The translations under genes were made by a program, and so were the position numbers. 64,000 bases of DNA, from contig JAQFVV010000009.1 in the NCBI GenBank assembly GCA_028023455.1, forward strand, positions 310,001 through 374,000, read 5' to 3'. The notes under the pieces were generated by a model that saw only the letters and a program-made list of their open reading frames with translations, had not been told where the DNA came from and made no database searches. Positions 40,465 to 53,666 of this stretch are shown here, one piece after another (the first letter of the stretch is position 1; every line of letters starts with the position of its first letter). This DNA comes from Epiperipatus broadwayi (Eukaryota; Animalia; Onychophora).

Positions 40465-42026
40465 TGTAACAGAATGGGTTCGAACCCAGTCACAAATAAT
40501 ATTGTAGGTGATGGTAATTAAACGTATATGTAGATGTTATATAAATTTAATCTTATTACGTGGTGGTGGTTACATAAATACACAGAACGAGGGGGGGGAG
40601 CTCTGTCATTTTGAAATGATGTATATGTGTGTGTGAATGGGTTAGGTAGTTGAAAAGAGAGAAATGAGATTTTATTTCATGTTAGAAAGGCCTAGAAGTT
40701 TCCATCAGAAATGAAATTTTACTTTCTTTTGTGTACAATAAAGAGCAGTGATAAAAGCTTTTCACACAACCAAAATCTGGTTAGGTGGCATTGGAAGCAG
40801 GAAGTGAGATAAAAAGAACCTTCTAGAATGAATGGAGGGGACTATAAAAGAGGTGCTCCCATAATGCTCAGAGTCTTGTCCCTGCAGAGTTTCAGCCATC
40901 AACAGTGGAATCATGAATCCAATTTAAAAAGTTTTAAAATTTTAAACTTACATAATGGCGGATCAAAAGGAAATATTGGGGTAAGAGCATAACTTATCGG
41001 ACTCGAACCCCTAATTCCAACTAACTGCAGCTGCTTCATCCAACAATACCAAGATGCCTTGGACTAAAACATAATTACCAACGTCGGAAACAAAGCTGAG
41101 TCTCATCAAACAATGGCCGTACACGGATACAAAGATCGAGAATCCTCGCACTGAATTTCATGTTTATTACCTGCGATGACTGGAACTCTCAGAAATAAAT
41201 AAATATTCCTCCACAAATTTCCTGGGGAAATTCAGGTAAAGAATTTTACGTATTGATTTTTTTCTTATGAGGAAGAAATTGTTAACCATTTATCATAAGT
41301 GAATATGACAATCCAATTAACTTAATAAAGAAACTTTCTTAAGTTCTTATTTTGCGGACAGTAATAGCGCAATTAGTATAGGAGGTCACGTGGAATAAAC
41401 TCTTTCTGTCGACTTTCGCTACTTGATTTAATTGTAATAAACATATTGGGAAGAATGTTGCATGTATGCATATCAAAATGGCAGAGTATTAATTAAAATT
41501 ATGTTTAAAAGGGTTGAGGGTTGAATTATATATTTTGTTTTATCTTAAAGATCAAAAGAATAATAATGGTCTTTGGAAGCATTTAAATAAAATCTGATTT
41601 GATAGTGAAACTCTAGAATCTTATTGTGATATTTTCTTTTTATATATTTTTTTATGTGTTTCAAAACTCTTACCCCCATTTGCATCTACTCCCGGCTGTG
41701 ACGTCACCTGACCATGCGACCGAGCTAGCCGATGGTCAAAAACCTCCCTCACATTCATTAAGATAGTGGTTCTTGTTGGTAATACATTCATTTTGCCGAA
41801 TTCTTATATTCGTATAAGATTGGCACTTGGAGTCCTATGGATGACCATAAATATGCGTTGGGAATATATTACAGTTGATGAGAACGAATTCAGAAGACAT
41901 TTTGATCAACAGTAATTAAGTCAAAACCGCTTTAGTTAAATATACATACATAGGCACGTATGTTTTCTGTGTCGTAAGTGTAATAGGTGAATTTATTCTA
42001 TATAGTGAGGAGAGGGTTTTGTTACA
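40465..42026. mobile_element. Solo LTR (1562 bp), probably Gypsy-type
   Basis: TGTAAC...GTTACA perfect inverted termini and 4-bp TSD TAGT. Removing it restores the family 1 sequence seen uninterrupted at about 12690-12735. Internal ctataaaag near 40842. Confidence 0.78.
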
Positions 42027-42108
42027 TAGTTAAGTGGAGATAAAAGGTGGCTGCTAGAGGATTGCATTAGATCCTAAGATCTAGGTGCAGTGCTTTTAGA
42101 TCCAAGGC

Positions 42109-42150
42109 TCCTCACTGACAAAGGTCACAAGCCAGAAACTAGTCTGAGTA
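42109..42150 (+). ncRNA. Degenerate type I hammerhead motif, family 1 (G8 changed to A)
   Basis: TCCTCA-CTGACAA-AGGTCACAAGCCA-GAAA-CTA-GTC-TGAGTA. Confidence 0.55.
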
Positions 42151-42798
42151 TATTGGATTAGTAAGTACTAGAGGGGGATTTTATGCACAAGCCTTCTGGC
42201 ATCCATTGATTACTTTAGCTTGCTGTGTGTGGCAATACATATAGTGAATTTTGCCTCTTTTAATATATAATTATTAATAACATTAATATATTTATTTAAA
42301 AGATGGTAAAATATTCTTAAGGTTTAATACTTCGAAATTAAGTTGTAATAAATTATACAGTAAAATTGGGAACAATGATGAAAATATTTAAAGATTTGAT
42401 GATCTAGACCAACTGACAAAATTAGTTCAGAAGTTAAACTGTGTAAATTATTTGCTTTTTTCTGATGTTTTTACCCACTTGTTTGAGGAAAATAATGCTG
42501 GCAATAAATTTGCAAATATATATATATTTAATAATTACTGTGTGAAAAAGGAAAGTTAAAATTATCATGCATTTGTTGAAGTTTATAATAATAAATGTAT
42601 TGATCTTTAACTGAATTTAAAGTTTATATCTGAACTAATATTAGTCTAATAATCTCTACTCTAATAAATAGATATCCAAAAGAAGTTAAATCATCATTAA
42701 GATTGTACAAGAGTTATACATGTTTAAGTTGTAACAAACCTATTATTAATTAACATATATGTGATACAAAGAAGTTAAAACAACTAAAGTAATATTAC

Positions 42799-42889
42799 CT
42801 TGATCTTTAGCAAAATTTTGACTTTTCTCAATAACAGATTTTAAGTCTGGGTTATATCTTGTACCTTCTGGAAAAATTATTAACCACAA
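42799..42889 (-). CDS. AGPAT5: AGPAT5-like internal exon (91 bp) with acyltransferase motif FPEGTR
   Basis: ttttttttag acceptor and G|gtaat donor. Encodes LWLIIFPEGTRYNPDLKSVIEKSQNFAKDQ(G). FPEGTR is the PlsC/AGPAT motif III. Confidence 0.93.
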
Positions 42890-43399
42890 CTAAAAAAAAA
42901 AAAAAAATCATTTATTTGTTGGTTTTTCCAATAGATAAAAATAAGATTAAAAATAATTTTATCATTAGTTTTCTTATCTACCACAAAACAGTTATATCCC
43001 TTCAAGAAGAGGATAATCAATCATTATACAGATTTTTAAGCTCTAAATTGGTAATTATATTATAGTGACCTATTCACAAAAATTCTTACTGACAACTAGA
43101 AGATTATATATTTAATACTTTAAATCAATAGAAATAATTATTTTTTATTAAAAAATGTTTTTTTCTTTACATTTTATAATTAATGTACATTTTCTGCCAT
43201 GAATAGACATATATTCAAAATAAATATTTTATTAATCATTCACTACTACAAACTTATTTATATAATTAAAAATGATATGAGATGATTATAATGTATGACT
43301 GAAGTTAACTGTAGCTGTAGAGTTAAAATAGGCCTCATAGATATTGAAAAGAAGGGGAAGAGGTAATTAAAATTAGTTAAAACATCTTCATAATAATTC

Positions 43400-44950
43400 A
43401 CCTACTACAGCCAACTATATCTTTTGGTACAAAAAAAAAATTTACAAATGAAATTCAAAGAATAATATCAAATTATATCAAATCAGGAAAAAACATACAG
43501 TAGATTTTAAAAAAAAATTACATTCATTGAAGAAGACATTACCAATGAATCAATTGATAAATAATAATAATAAAAAACTCAACATAGAGAAAGTAAATAG
43601 CATTTAACTGCAAAAAAAAAAAAACAATAGAGAGAAGACTATACAAATAAATAGTTCAAAATTAAAAGTTATATATTCAAAGAAAAAAACAACAAGAATT
43701 TAATATATATATTAAATGAAAATAAAATTTTGCTATTTATAAGATAAATGTATTGAAATAAATAAAGAAAAAAAGTATTTTGTGACTAAATAATCCCAAA
43801 ATACACTGTGATAATCTTTACATCCAAGGAAAATGCTCAATAAAAAAATTAAAAAAAAAAACAGAAAAAAAAAAAGGTAACTAATTTTGATGGTTAAGAT
43901 GACTATTCACAGAATCAGCAATTATAGTCATATAAAAAATATTTTTGAAGAGTAGTAATTAATTTACTTGAGCGCATAGCAAAATATGCTTGATTATTAT
44001 GAATTTTAAAGCGCATTGAATACAGGTTAAAGCCTGAAATATTTTTGAGTAAATGCATTGTGAAGAAAAGTTTTCTGTTCATCAAATAAAATAATTAATT
44101 TTAATTGAAAGTCAAATAGGCATTCATATTTCCAGCTAGGTTGAGTAGATAAATACTGTGTCACAAAATATAAAGACTGTTCTTATTTAAGGGTTTTATT
44201 ATCTTGGGATACAAAATGAAAATGAAGGCAATTCGAATAGATGATAGAGTCTTTTACAATTCTATTATTCAAATGCACACAAAAAATCTACAATAGACAT
44301 TCAAAAAATAAATGAAAAACAGTTACAAAATGAGATCATGCATAAATTTAACTACTCTATAATCTCTAACATATTAACAGTATCAATAAAGTTCAAATTT
44401 TGACATGAAAAATGAACAAATATCTCATCGTTTGATCCAGGATGAAGTGCAGATCCCAGTTACAGTAGTTCTTAATACTATTTCAAGTCTATGTTCGTTT
44501 TGACTAGGCTGATTACTGAAACTAGATTCCTAACAAGTTCAAAAATTGCACTAAAATATTATGATAGTGAGTGAAGTTTAATAAAATTTGAAGATCAAAT
44601 ACCTCGACTATAATATATGGAAAAATAACAAAATCATTATTTTTAAAAATGAAATATAATATGAAACAGTCAATCAACCTAATTCATAACCAATTAATCT
44701 TAGATTCCAGAAAGGCATACCAAAATTCCGGTAACCACAATAGATTATAATCACTTGCAATATTTACAAAAAGATTGCAATTCACAAATTGAAAAGCAAG
44801 GACAAAATGCATTAAAATGAAGATTTTACAATAAAACTAATCAATGATCTTCAAAATATTAATAGAACATTAATTTACAGATCAAAAAATCAAACTACCT
44901 AATATGAATGAAGAGATGTTAGTTATTGTAATCCTAAGATAAATACATAA
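43400..44950 (+). pseudogene. Very decayed LINE RT remnant
   Basis: Faint reading near 43900-44030 resembling STIDHIFTLRQI...FIDFEKAFD. Confidence 0.3.
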
Positions 44951-45123
44951 ACTCTAAAAGGGATGTTAATAAATGATTACAATCCAGTCTTAGCACAAAT
45001 AATAATAGAATGAAAAGCAATTAAACTAAGCAATAGTTACTTCAATCCTTAGTCTTATCATCTTGATTTCTACCAGGGAAGAGCTCCCAAATTATTGGCA
45101 TCCAGATAGATAATTCTATATTT

Positions 45124-45212
45124 AATAGTCAATAATATGTTTAAAAATACATATATAATTTGTAATCTTTGTTGCTTGTATATATGTATTTTTAAACATA
45201 TTATTGACTATT
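45124..45212. repeat. Perfect 34-bp inverted repeat with 21-nt spacer
   Basis: aatagtcaataatatgtttaaaaatacatatata at 45124-45157 and its reverse complement at 45179-45212. Confidence 0.85.
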
Positions 45213-47512
45213 GTATATTTGAAGTGCAACATAAAAAAAGAATTGTTTTTAATTCTGATTCTTTTTTTGTATAGTAATTCCATATTTGTAAAACGACATC
45301 ATCTAAAATATATCAAATAAAGAAAAGATTGATTTCTGAAAACACAAACCAAATCTCATTTTGATACTGTATTCAGAAAAGTCTGTTAAGTTGTTATCTA
45401 GCATCTATGAGAGAGAGAAAAAACAACACCTAAATATATTACAAAATTCATTTAAAGAAAATTATATTAACATCAAATTGCCTTTGTTTAATGAGAATAT
45501 TGGCAAAAGCTTTCTAGAAATACTATAATAATTATAACATTATTCTTATGAATAATGATCTATGGATATAAATTCTAAAATTCTTCACAATCTGCTTAAA
45601 AAGAAACTGAAAGAAAAGACCTAGCTAATGACTATAAAAATATTACAATTGTAGATTAGAAATCAGCAAATGGGTAAAAATTGAATTACAAGATTTCACA
45701 TATAAACAAACTAAAAATAAGTTAAATAAAATGTATAATTAAAAGCTTTCAATCAAAGTTACATTAAATTACTTGAATTAATTTAAACCAATGGTAAATG
45801 ATGTGTATATTTGAGCTTAGAATAAAATTATTCAAGAAATGAATATTCTATTAATTGATAAATTACAGCAAAAAAATAAAAATAAAAATGGATATATTAT
45901 CAATATGAACTTTGGAAAAGCATGTAATTTAAAATAATTTATTTTCACTTTGGCATTTTTTATTTTTATTTTTTTTTGCAGAATACAAAGACATACATAA
46001 TACTAATTTATATTTTCTATAATAATGTGGCTCCTTCAAATTCATGTAGAAAACAAATATTCAGATAACTTCTTTGGACTGTTGAATAGAATCAGGATTA
46101 TCTCAAGTAGCGTATCAGAATAGACTCTACCTCTTCACAGTCTTAATTTATAATTTCTTCCTTAATATTTAGTATATTATAGCAAATAGTTTATTCTTTT
46201 TTCTAATATTACATATGGGTGATTAAATAATAAACTGTTTCAAACCTGATAAATAGGTTCTTAAAACCTGAATTTTATTGATAAATAGTGCTAACTATTT
46301 TTATTGACTAAAATTTGAAATACACAAATGTAATTCTATAATCTTTGATTTTTTTTAGCCATTATCGAACAATTATCATATCATTCAGATTAAACAGTTA
46401 CAAAAACTGAATAACTGTTAATAAGTTCATTTTTATTAAATCATCATTTTTGTGGATTTTAAATATAAAGTTAGAATTTTCAGAAGAATTTCAAAAATAG
46501 ATATAATCCATGGACAAATATATTTTTTTTTTGTAAAAAAAAAGTCAAAGAAACAAATGTATTATGTACAAAAACAAAATTTACATTATACAATTAAAGT
46601 TCACATAAGAATGCTATGTATCTGCTAACAAAAAATGTAACAGATCACAGAAATATACAATAACTGGGAATTAAATAAATTCAAATACCCAATATAATGA
46701 AAATTACTTATTTGTTGAATAGATAGATAAAATATATAACACCACTATGGAATCCACATTAACCGAAACATTTAGAATTCAATATCAACACTGTATTTCA
46801 CTAGAGACAATTTTCTCAAGCCACAATATTAATTAAAAGTGTAACTGAAAAAATAAAGTCACATTATCCTCTGGTAGTAATATCTCTATGAGCCTTCTCT
46901 GGTGAATAAAAAATAATGATAAGATCAGGATGTGTATGGAATCTTAACCAGCTCATTGACCTTTAGGTAACTGGTACCTGGGATAGAAAACTCCTCGATG
47001 ACTGCAGGTTAACACTCAAGGCGATCTTGTTCAGCTAACTGCTCAATGACAGATAATATTGCCCACAAAGGACAATGAAAACCCAGAACAGTGGTAGCCA
47101 AAATTTCTCCCTATTTATATCACTGCATATTTTATCTTATCTTCGCACTAATTAAATCTTGCCTTAACAAATTTAATTAGTGTATTTCAATTTAATCACA
47201 TACAAAATCTTTCTTGTTTTTAAATTACCATTATTATTTCATTAATTAAACAAATAGAACTTTAGCATTTCAAAATTCCATAATTATTTCTTATTAAACA
47301 AATGACTATATTTTTGTTTCATTTCTTTCAGCAATCTTTTTCTATAATTAATTACTTCTTATCTTTTCTTCTGAGTACTTTACTTTTTCTTTGAAAACAA
47401 TGTGCTTTTATGATTTCCAACTTTTATGTTTCTGGTGATTACAATTTATTTTGCATAATTCTTTTTCTAATTTCAACTACAAACTAACTTCTCTTCTTAT
47501 ATAAATATAACA

Positions 47513-47527
47513 CTCCTCTCCCACTCC
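47513..47527 (-). promoter_or_regulatory. Polypurine tract
   Basis: GGAGTGGGAGAGGAG directly before the TGTTATA start of the 3' LTR. Confidence 0.85.
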
Positions 47528-50500
47528 AGAAGAATACCCTTTATGCGTTTTATACACAATCTTCTAATTTTTTCAGCTTATGTTTCTTTTGTACAGGGCG
47601 ATTTAATTTATTTCCTGTATTTTCTGCCATCTCACCCTCAGTCTAGATTTCCATTGGGTTTTGTTCCTTTCCTTCTTCATTTCTGATTTCTACACATTCC
47701 ATTATATTTGGTATGACTTTCATGTCTAGTTTTGATTCTAAGGGTCATAAAATCTATGTGTTGTCTTTTTCATATCTCAAATGATTTATGTGTCTAGTAT
47801 ACTTAACATTATTCTGACCTTGAATTACATAAATTTTACTCGCTATTATCTTATCAATCACCCATTTCATTCATTTCTTACACAATATATCATGTACCCA
47901 TACTCTGTCTCCAACACTAAAGTTTGCATGATGTTTTATATTACCCAATGAATTCTTTTTTGTTGGATGAAATGATGACAACTTAATCCTTAGCTTCATT
48001 CCTAAGAACAAATCTGCTGGTGATTTCATTATAGCTGTGAATGGTATCAAATGTTAACACAGTATTATTTCTTGTAATGCTTCTTGTAGATCCAATATCT
48101 CCCATCTTCAATAAACTTTTCTTCATTTATTATACTGCTTTTTCTGCCTATCCATTTGAATCCGGATGGTATGGTGGTCTCAGAATACTGTTGCATTCTG
48201 TGTCCCCTGAAACCTGCTCCATTGTTGGATATGATGACTTTGGGAAAACCATGTATTGAAGAAATTTTATTACAATATTTAATAATTTCCTCTGTATCAG
48301 TATTATTTACTATATGACATTCAATTTAGTTTGAGAAAGCATCAATCATTATCAACAGTATCTTTCTCTTTATTGATTCTGCATGATCAATGTGCACCAT
48401 TTTCTTGTGGTCTGGTTGATGGTGGCCATGCTGTCAAATTTTTTGCTGGAAGTTACATTTCCTCCTGACATGATGAACCTTTCTTTATAAACTATTCAAT
48501 GTCCATATTAATTCCAGGCCACCAGGCAGAACTGTGTGCCAGTACTTTAACTCGTACCATGCCTGGATGACCTTTGTGCAATAAGTTTAAAACTATTTGT
48601 CTCCCAGCAGTAGGTATCACTACTCTAATCCCAAAACTTATACAATCAATACACATTGATAGCTTATTGCTGTTACCCAAAACCTCTGCCCAAGATACAA
48701 AGGCTTTTTGTTCGGCTAACCTGACCTAATCAATTTTTCTAAAATTTTATATTCCTTATCTTTTTTAGTCCATCTTCCTACTATCTACTTGTTTAATGTT
48801 TTTGACTTCATTACATCTATATGATTTACCTCTATTTCATTTGGTACAAGTTCATGTCTATCTGGCAATCTAGATAATGCATCTGCATGAGTTATTTCTT
48901 TTCCTTTTTTAAAGATTAATTCATAATCATACCTCACTAAAATATTACACCATTGTAATATTTTTGAGCTTTAAACGTTCAGGAGCTATACAATTGTGAA
49001 CAAAAATACCTAGCAAAGGCTTATGATCTGTCACTATTAAATACTCTTCCAAAAATGTATTGATGGAACTTTTTCAATGAAAAAATTTGAGAACATACAT
49101 GAGGCATATGCTAATGGCTACTCCCCATTTTCTATTGTAGGCGATAGAACTGCACCAACACCCCAATCTAAAGCATTAGCTTTAATCTGAACTGGCTGAT
49201 TATTATTAAAGTGCACTAATAACTTATCAGAGACCAACAGCACCTTTGTCATTTCAAAAGCTACAATCTTGTTTCTTGATCCACTCCCATTTTTGGTTCT
49301 TTTTTAAAGGCAGGGCAATAATGTCATATTTTTAAGAAATAGCTCAAAAAAACTAATCAAGCCCAGAAAAGCCCAAAAGACCGCTTACCTTTTTTCCAAA
49401 AAGATATGCCCAAGAAAAACCAATTCAATCAGTTTGCCACATTAATTTTTTTGGAATCTAATTTAACTCCCGCTCTATTCAGTTTTTCACAAACTTTTCT
49501 TATTCTTTTGCATAATGAATCAAGTCACTGTAGAAATCAGTATGTCATCATAATACAGTATCATTCCTTCCAAACTTTGTAAAATATTATTTATTTTTGC
49601 TTGGAAAAATATTAAGAGCAGTAGTTACACTGAATGGTAATCTGTTACATTTACACAAGCCAAAAGGCATCACAAGTGTTAGTATTTGTGTGTTCTTTCT
49701 GTCACTGCTAATTGGTGGTATGCTGAATTGTAATCCAATTTTGCAAAAACTTTTTTATTTGATAATGTAGGCAGTATTTCTCTTGTTTGGCACCATGTAT
49801 GCTCCCTTAGTTAAAAAAACATATTCACCATAACTCTATAATCACCACAAAGTCTGATTTGTCTGTTAGGTTTGGTCACTACTCCATTTTCAACTAAAAC
49901 CTGAAATTTTTTTTCCACTTTGGTATATTGTACCAATGGTATCTTTCTAGGTTTACATATTACTCGGGTTTGTACTGATCAGATCTAAATCATTGTCAAA
50001 TAATTTAGAAAATTTTTTCATCATTTTCTGTACAATCATAATATTTTTAATTATACTAACATTGATTCCGACCGCTTCATGCCCTATAATAAAACTACTA
50101 TTCTGTTTCACTATATATAAAGGAAGTTTTACTTCTCTATCTCTATATTTAACCGATACTTCTACTATTCCCTCAAGCTCTATCTCATTCCCATATAAAT
50201 CTTGTGCCTTTATAAACATATTTTTTTAATTTTTGCATTATTTTTTCCTACACTTATTTTTTTCCCATAGTTTTTCAGATATTAATGTGATCCTGGATCC
50301 ATTATCTATCTTCATTTCTACTTCTGTACCCCATATCTCAAGTTTTGTCATGAACTTGTTTTCTATTATTGCTTTCATATTTTTAATTATCTGCATTGCC
50401 TTTCAATTTCATTTTATGTTGCTTTTTATTTTCAGCACCATAATATTTCTGTACAGTTTCAGTCTTCATACATACTTTTGCTAAATACTTTCTAGCTTTA

Positions 50501-51252
50501 CACCTGAAACACATCTTGTTTTTTCATTTTCAAAATTGTGCAACATGACCTTTTGCTCTGCAGCAAAACAAATAACTTTCCTATTTTTTACATTGTCAAC
50601 CCCCCATTCTTTGTTCTCCAGTGTTCTCTCTATTTTACACACTAATATTTTTCAATCTTTCTCTGTTTTATTTCTGAACATGAGAGCCTGTTCAACTACT
50701 AGCTCATAAGCTATTCCCTTCCTAATTGCCCTTTCGTACATTAAATCTAATTCATTAAGTAAATTTTGCCAGAGCCTGTCATCTACAATCTTCCATAGTA
50801 ACTTATCCAACAGTACTTGGTCTACAAAATCTCCATAACTAGTTTTTTAACAACTCTCTAATATCATACTCTTTTATAGTCTCTCCTTCATATTGCTTTC
50901 TATTTCTTCATTGTAATCTGGCTATGTGACAAGATGGCTTTGGACTAAAATGATCATTCAATTTTTTTACCATGTCTTTATACATGATTGATTCATTTAT
51001 TGATTGTTCAAAATATTTATTTATAATATCAATAACATTATGTCTTGGCAGACATAATAAAGCCATTATTTTCTGCTTATTCTTTTTAATATCATTAAGT
51101 ACAAAAAAATTTTCAATTTGCATAATATACAGTGACCAATCCACTACATTGCCTATATCAAATTCTGATATATTTTATTGCACCAAAGACATACCATCTA
51201 TATCCTTCCTAATTTATCACTTCATTCCCTAGAACTAGATTCAGATTTTTTT

Positions 51253-51262
51253 GACTGCGCCA
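51253..51262 (-). promoter_or_regulatory. Primer-binding site TGGCGCAGTC
   Basis: 5 nt inside the 5' LTR. From memory it matches the start of the tRNA-Ser-type PBS TGGCGCAGTCGGTAGGAT. Confidence 0.7.
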
Positions 51263-53666
51263 ACTTTTGCTATGTATCTGCTAACAAAAAAGTAACAGAT
51301 CATAGAAAAATACAATAACTGGGAATTAAATAAATTCAAATACCCAATACAATGAAAATTTATTTATTTGTTGAAGAAATAGATTAAATATAAATAATCA
51401 CTATGCAATCCACATTAACTGAAACATTTAGAATTCAATCTCAATACTGTCCTGCACCTCTACACAAATAGATGTATTTCACTTGAGACAGTTCTAAATT
51501 TTCTCACCCCACAATGTTAATTAAAAGTCTAACAGACAAAATAAAGTCAAATTACCCTCGGGTAGTAATACCTTTGTGAGCCTTCTCAGATATATAAAAA
51601 ATAATAAGATCAGGGTGATCTGTATGAAATCCTGAACAGCTCATTAACTTCGAGTAACTGGTGCCTGGGATAGAAAACTCATAAATGACTATGGGTTAAA
51701 TACTCATGATGATAATGTTCAGCTAACTGCTCGATGACAGAGAACATATCCCACGAAGGGCAATGAAAACAAAGAACAGCTGTAGTCAAAATTTCTCCCT
51801 ATAACAGATTTAATTAGTGTATTTTAATTTAATTACATATAAAATCTTTCCTGTTTTAAAATTCCCATTTTTCTTACATTATTATTTCATTAATTAAATG
51901 AACAGAACTTTAGCATTTCAAAATTCTGTAATTAATTATTTCTTATTAAACAAATGACTATACTTTTGTTTTTATTTCTTTAAGCAATCTTTTTCTATAA
52001 TTAATTATTTCTTATCTTTTCTTCTGGAGTACTTTACTTTTTTTTTTAAAAAAAAAAAACATTGTGCTTTTATGATTTCCAATTTTTATGTTTCTGGTGA
52101 TTACAATTTATAATGCACAATTCTTTTTCTAATTTCAACTACAAAATAATTTCTCTTCTTATATAAATATAACAAAGAATATAAACATTAACAATTAAAT
52201 TATCAATAAAATAACAATTAACATTAGAAACAACTACACCGCACATATAGATCTTTTTTCTGAACAAAATAAGACATTTTATTTTCATAACAAGAAATAA
52301 AGGCATTTAATTTGTCTTTGAGATAATAATGTATGGATTGTTAGTGGAATAAAGTAAATGATATATTTAAATTCAGATTCACAAAATTTCTTTAGAGATA
52401 CAATTTCATTATTTTCTGAAATAATATTTTCTTGATTGCTTTAATTATTTTGGTACTGTTCTATTAGATTGTGTATAGCCACTTGATGGCACTATTTATA
52501 TGCAACAGCACATAAATATGCCATTTACATAGCCAGCCACCTTTTAGACCCATATATTTATGCACAAAAGCACAGAAAGAGACTGTTTAAACATGGCGGC
52601 TGACGCTGATGGCATTATTTCTATGCTATAAAGCACAGAAAGATGCTGTTTATCAGTGGCCAGCCTGCTTTAGTGTTATGCATTTTATCCCAATGCTCAC
52701 AGTTCAAAGTTCGCTACAATATCATGTGAGGGTATCTGGACTTCAGCCTGACACAACTCTTCAAATATGCATGTCAAAGTAATTAGCTTACAAGTCATCT
52801 GACCTACTATTACCTCCTAACAATTGTCAACCTGTCACCATACTTCCCCACTCAATGTGGAACCTTAAAAAAATTCGGAAAGGGTACATCAAAGCAAGAT
52901 TTCAAACAGCTCATGCCAAGTCATGTTTGCACGAGAACATGTCTGCGACAAATAAAATGGCCGACTTGAAAATGGTCAATTTGAAATCGGGCCAAATGCC
53001 GTCTACAGAAACCAGTGTACACAGGGAATTAATTAATTCTACTTTAATAGAATCTTTGCAATAAGAGACGTCAATTGATAAAGTTTTAATTCTTGCGGAT
53101 ATGAAAAGGTATACCATCTGCCCTACATTGCAGGAATAAGATGAAATTTTTGGTGACTTGTACTTAAAGCTTTTTAAATTTTTTGGAGCGTAAAACTGTT
53201 CTAAATTACAGGGATTAAGGAAATCAATGAATTACGTTAAGCCTTTGGAATAAAATGTATGACTGTAAAATTTCTCGTTGTTCAATCCAGAGACCAAAAG
53301 AAATTGTCCAAAGAATACATTTATTAATCTTAAAAAAAAAAAAAAACAATCGTGTTGGAAATTATTAATCATTCTTAATAGGTGTGCCATTAATATCCAT
53401 ACACATATTCTTTCAAAGATAGCTATTGTAATAAATGAATAAATACTTTTCTTTTTCAAAAAATGACCCCAAAAAGTAAAAGACAGTTCAATAAATAAAG
53501 CATTATCAGCATTCCCCCCCCACCATGATATAGTTAGTTATCTCTCAAGCAATGCTAGTAGACTTTGTAAAGTTTGCGAGGAGGAAGGGATGATGGTTTG
53601 CCAGCCAGCGCTGGTGTACACAGGGAATTCTACTATAATAGAATATTTGCAATAACGTATTGAACA

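Larger units (their letters stand above)
40205..42259. mobile_element. Hammerhead/PLE-type family 1 fold-back insertion, opposite orientation, interrupted by a solo LTR
   Basis: Tail and arm at 40205-40393, sense arm at 42031-42259. TSD ttaatatataatta (40191-40204 and 42260-42273). Both arms share diagnostic variants (gtgtgtggcaatac, gtcacaagcc). Confidence 0.85.
46612..52174 (-). mobile_element. Structurally complete but decayed Mag-like Ty3/Gypsy LTR retrotransposon (5563 bp)
   Basis: LTRs 46612-47512 and 51268-52174, 5-bp TSD AAGAA (46607-46611 and 52175-52179). Gag DWSLYIMQIENFF...DHFSPKP, protease MKIDNGS, RT RLCGDYRV and YDDILIS, RNase H NALDWGVGAVL, integrase HKGHPGMVRVKVLAHSSAWWPGIN. 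Multiple stops. Confidence 0.95.

Noticed and set aside
40475-40488. TGGGTTCGAACCCA as a tRNA T-arm or B-box
   Set aside because: No A-box or cloverleaf. It is a short palindrome at the start of the solo LTR.
40465-40970. Short LTR ending at 40952 followed by a TGGCG primer-binding site
   Set aside because: GTTACA at 42026 with a matching TAGT TSD explains the data better as one long solo LTR.
53230-53335. Candidate upstream AGPAT5 exon after a polyT-AAG acceptor
   Set aside because: No frame resembles the expected HGGIYVKR, VDW...WLPLYG or NHQS exons.
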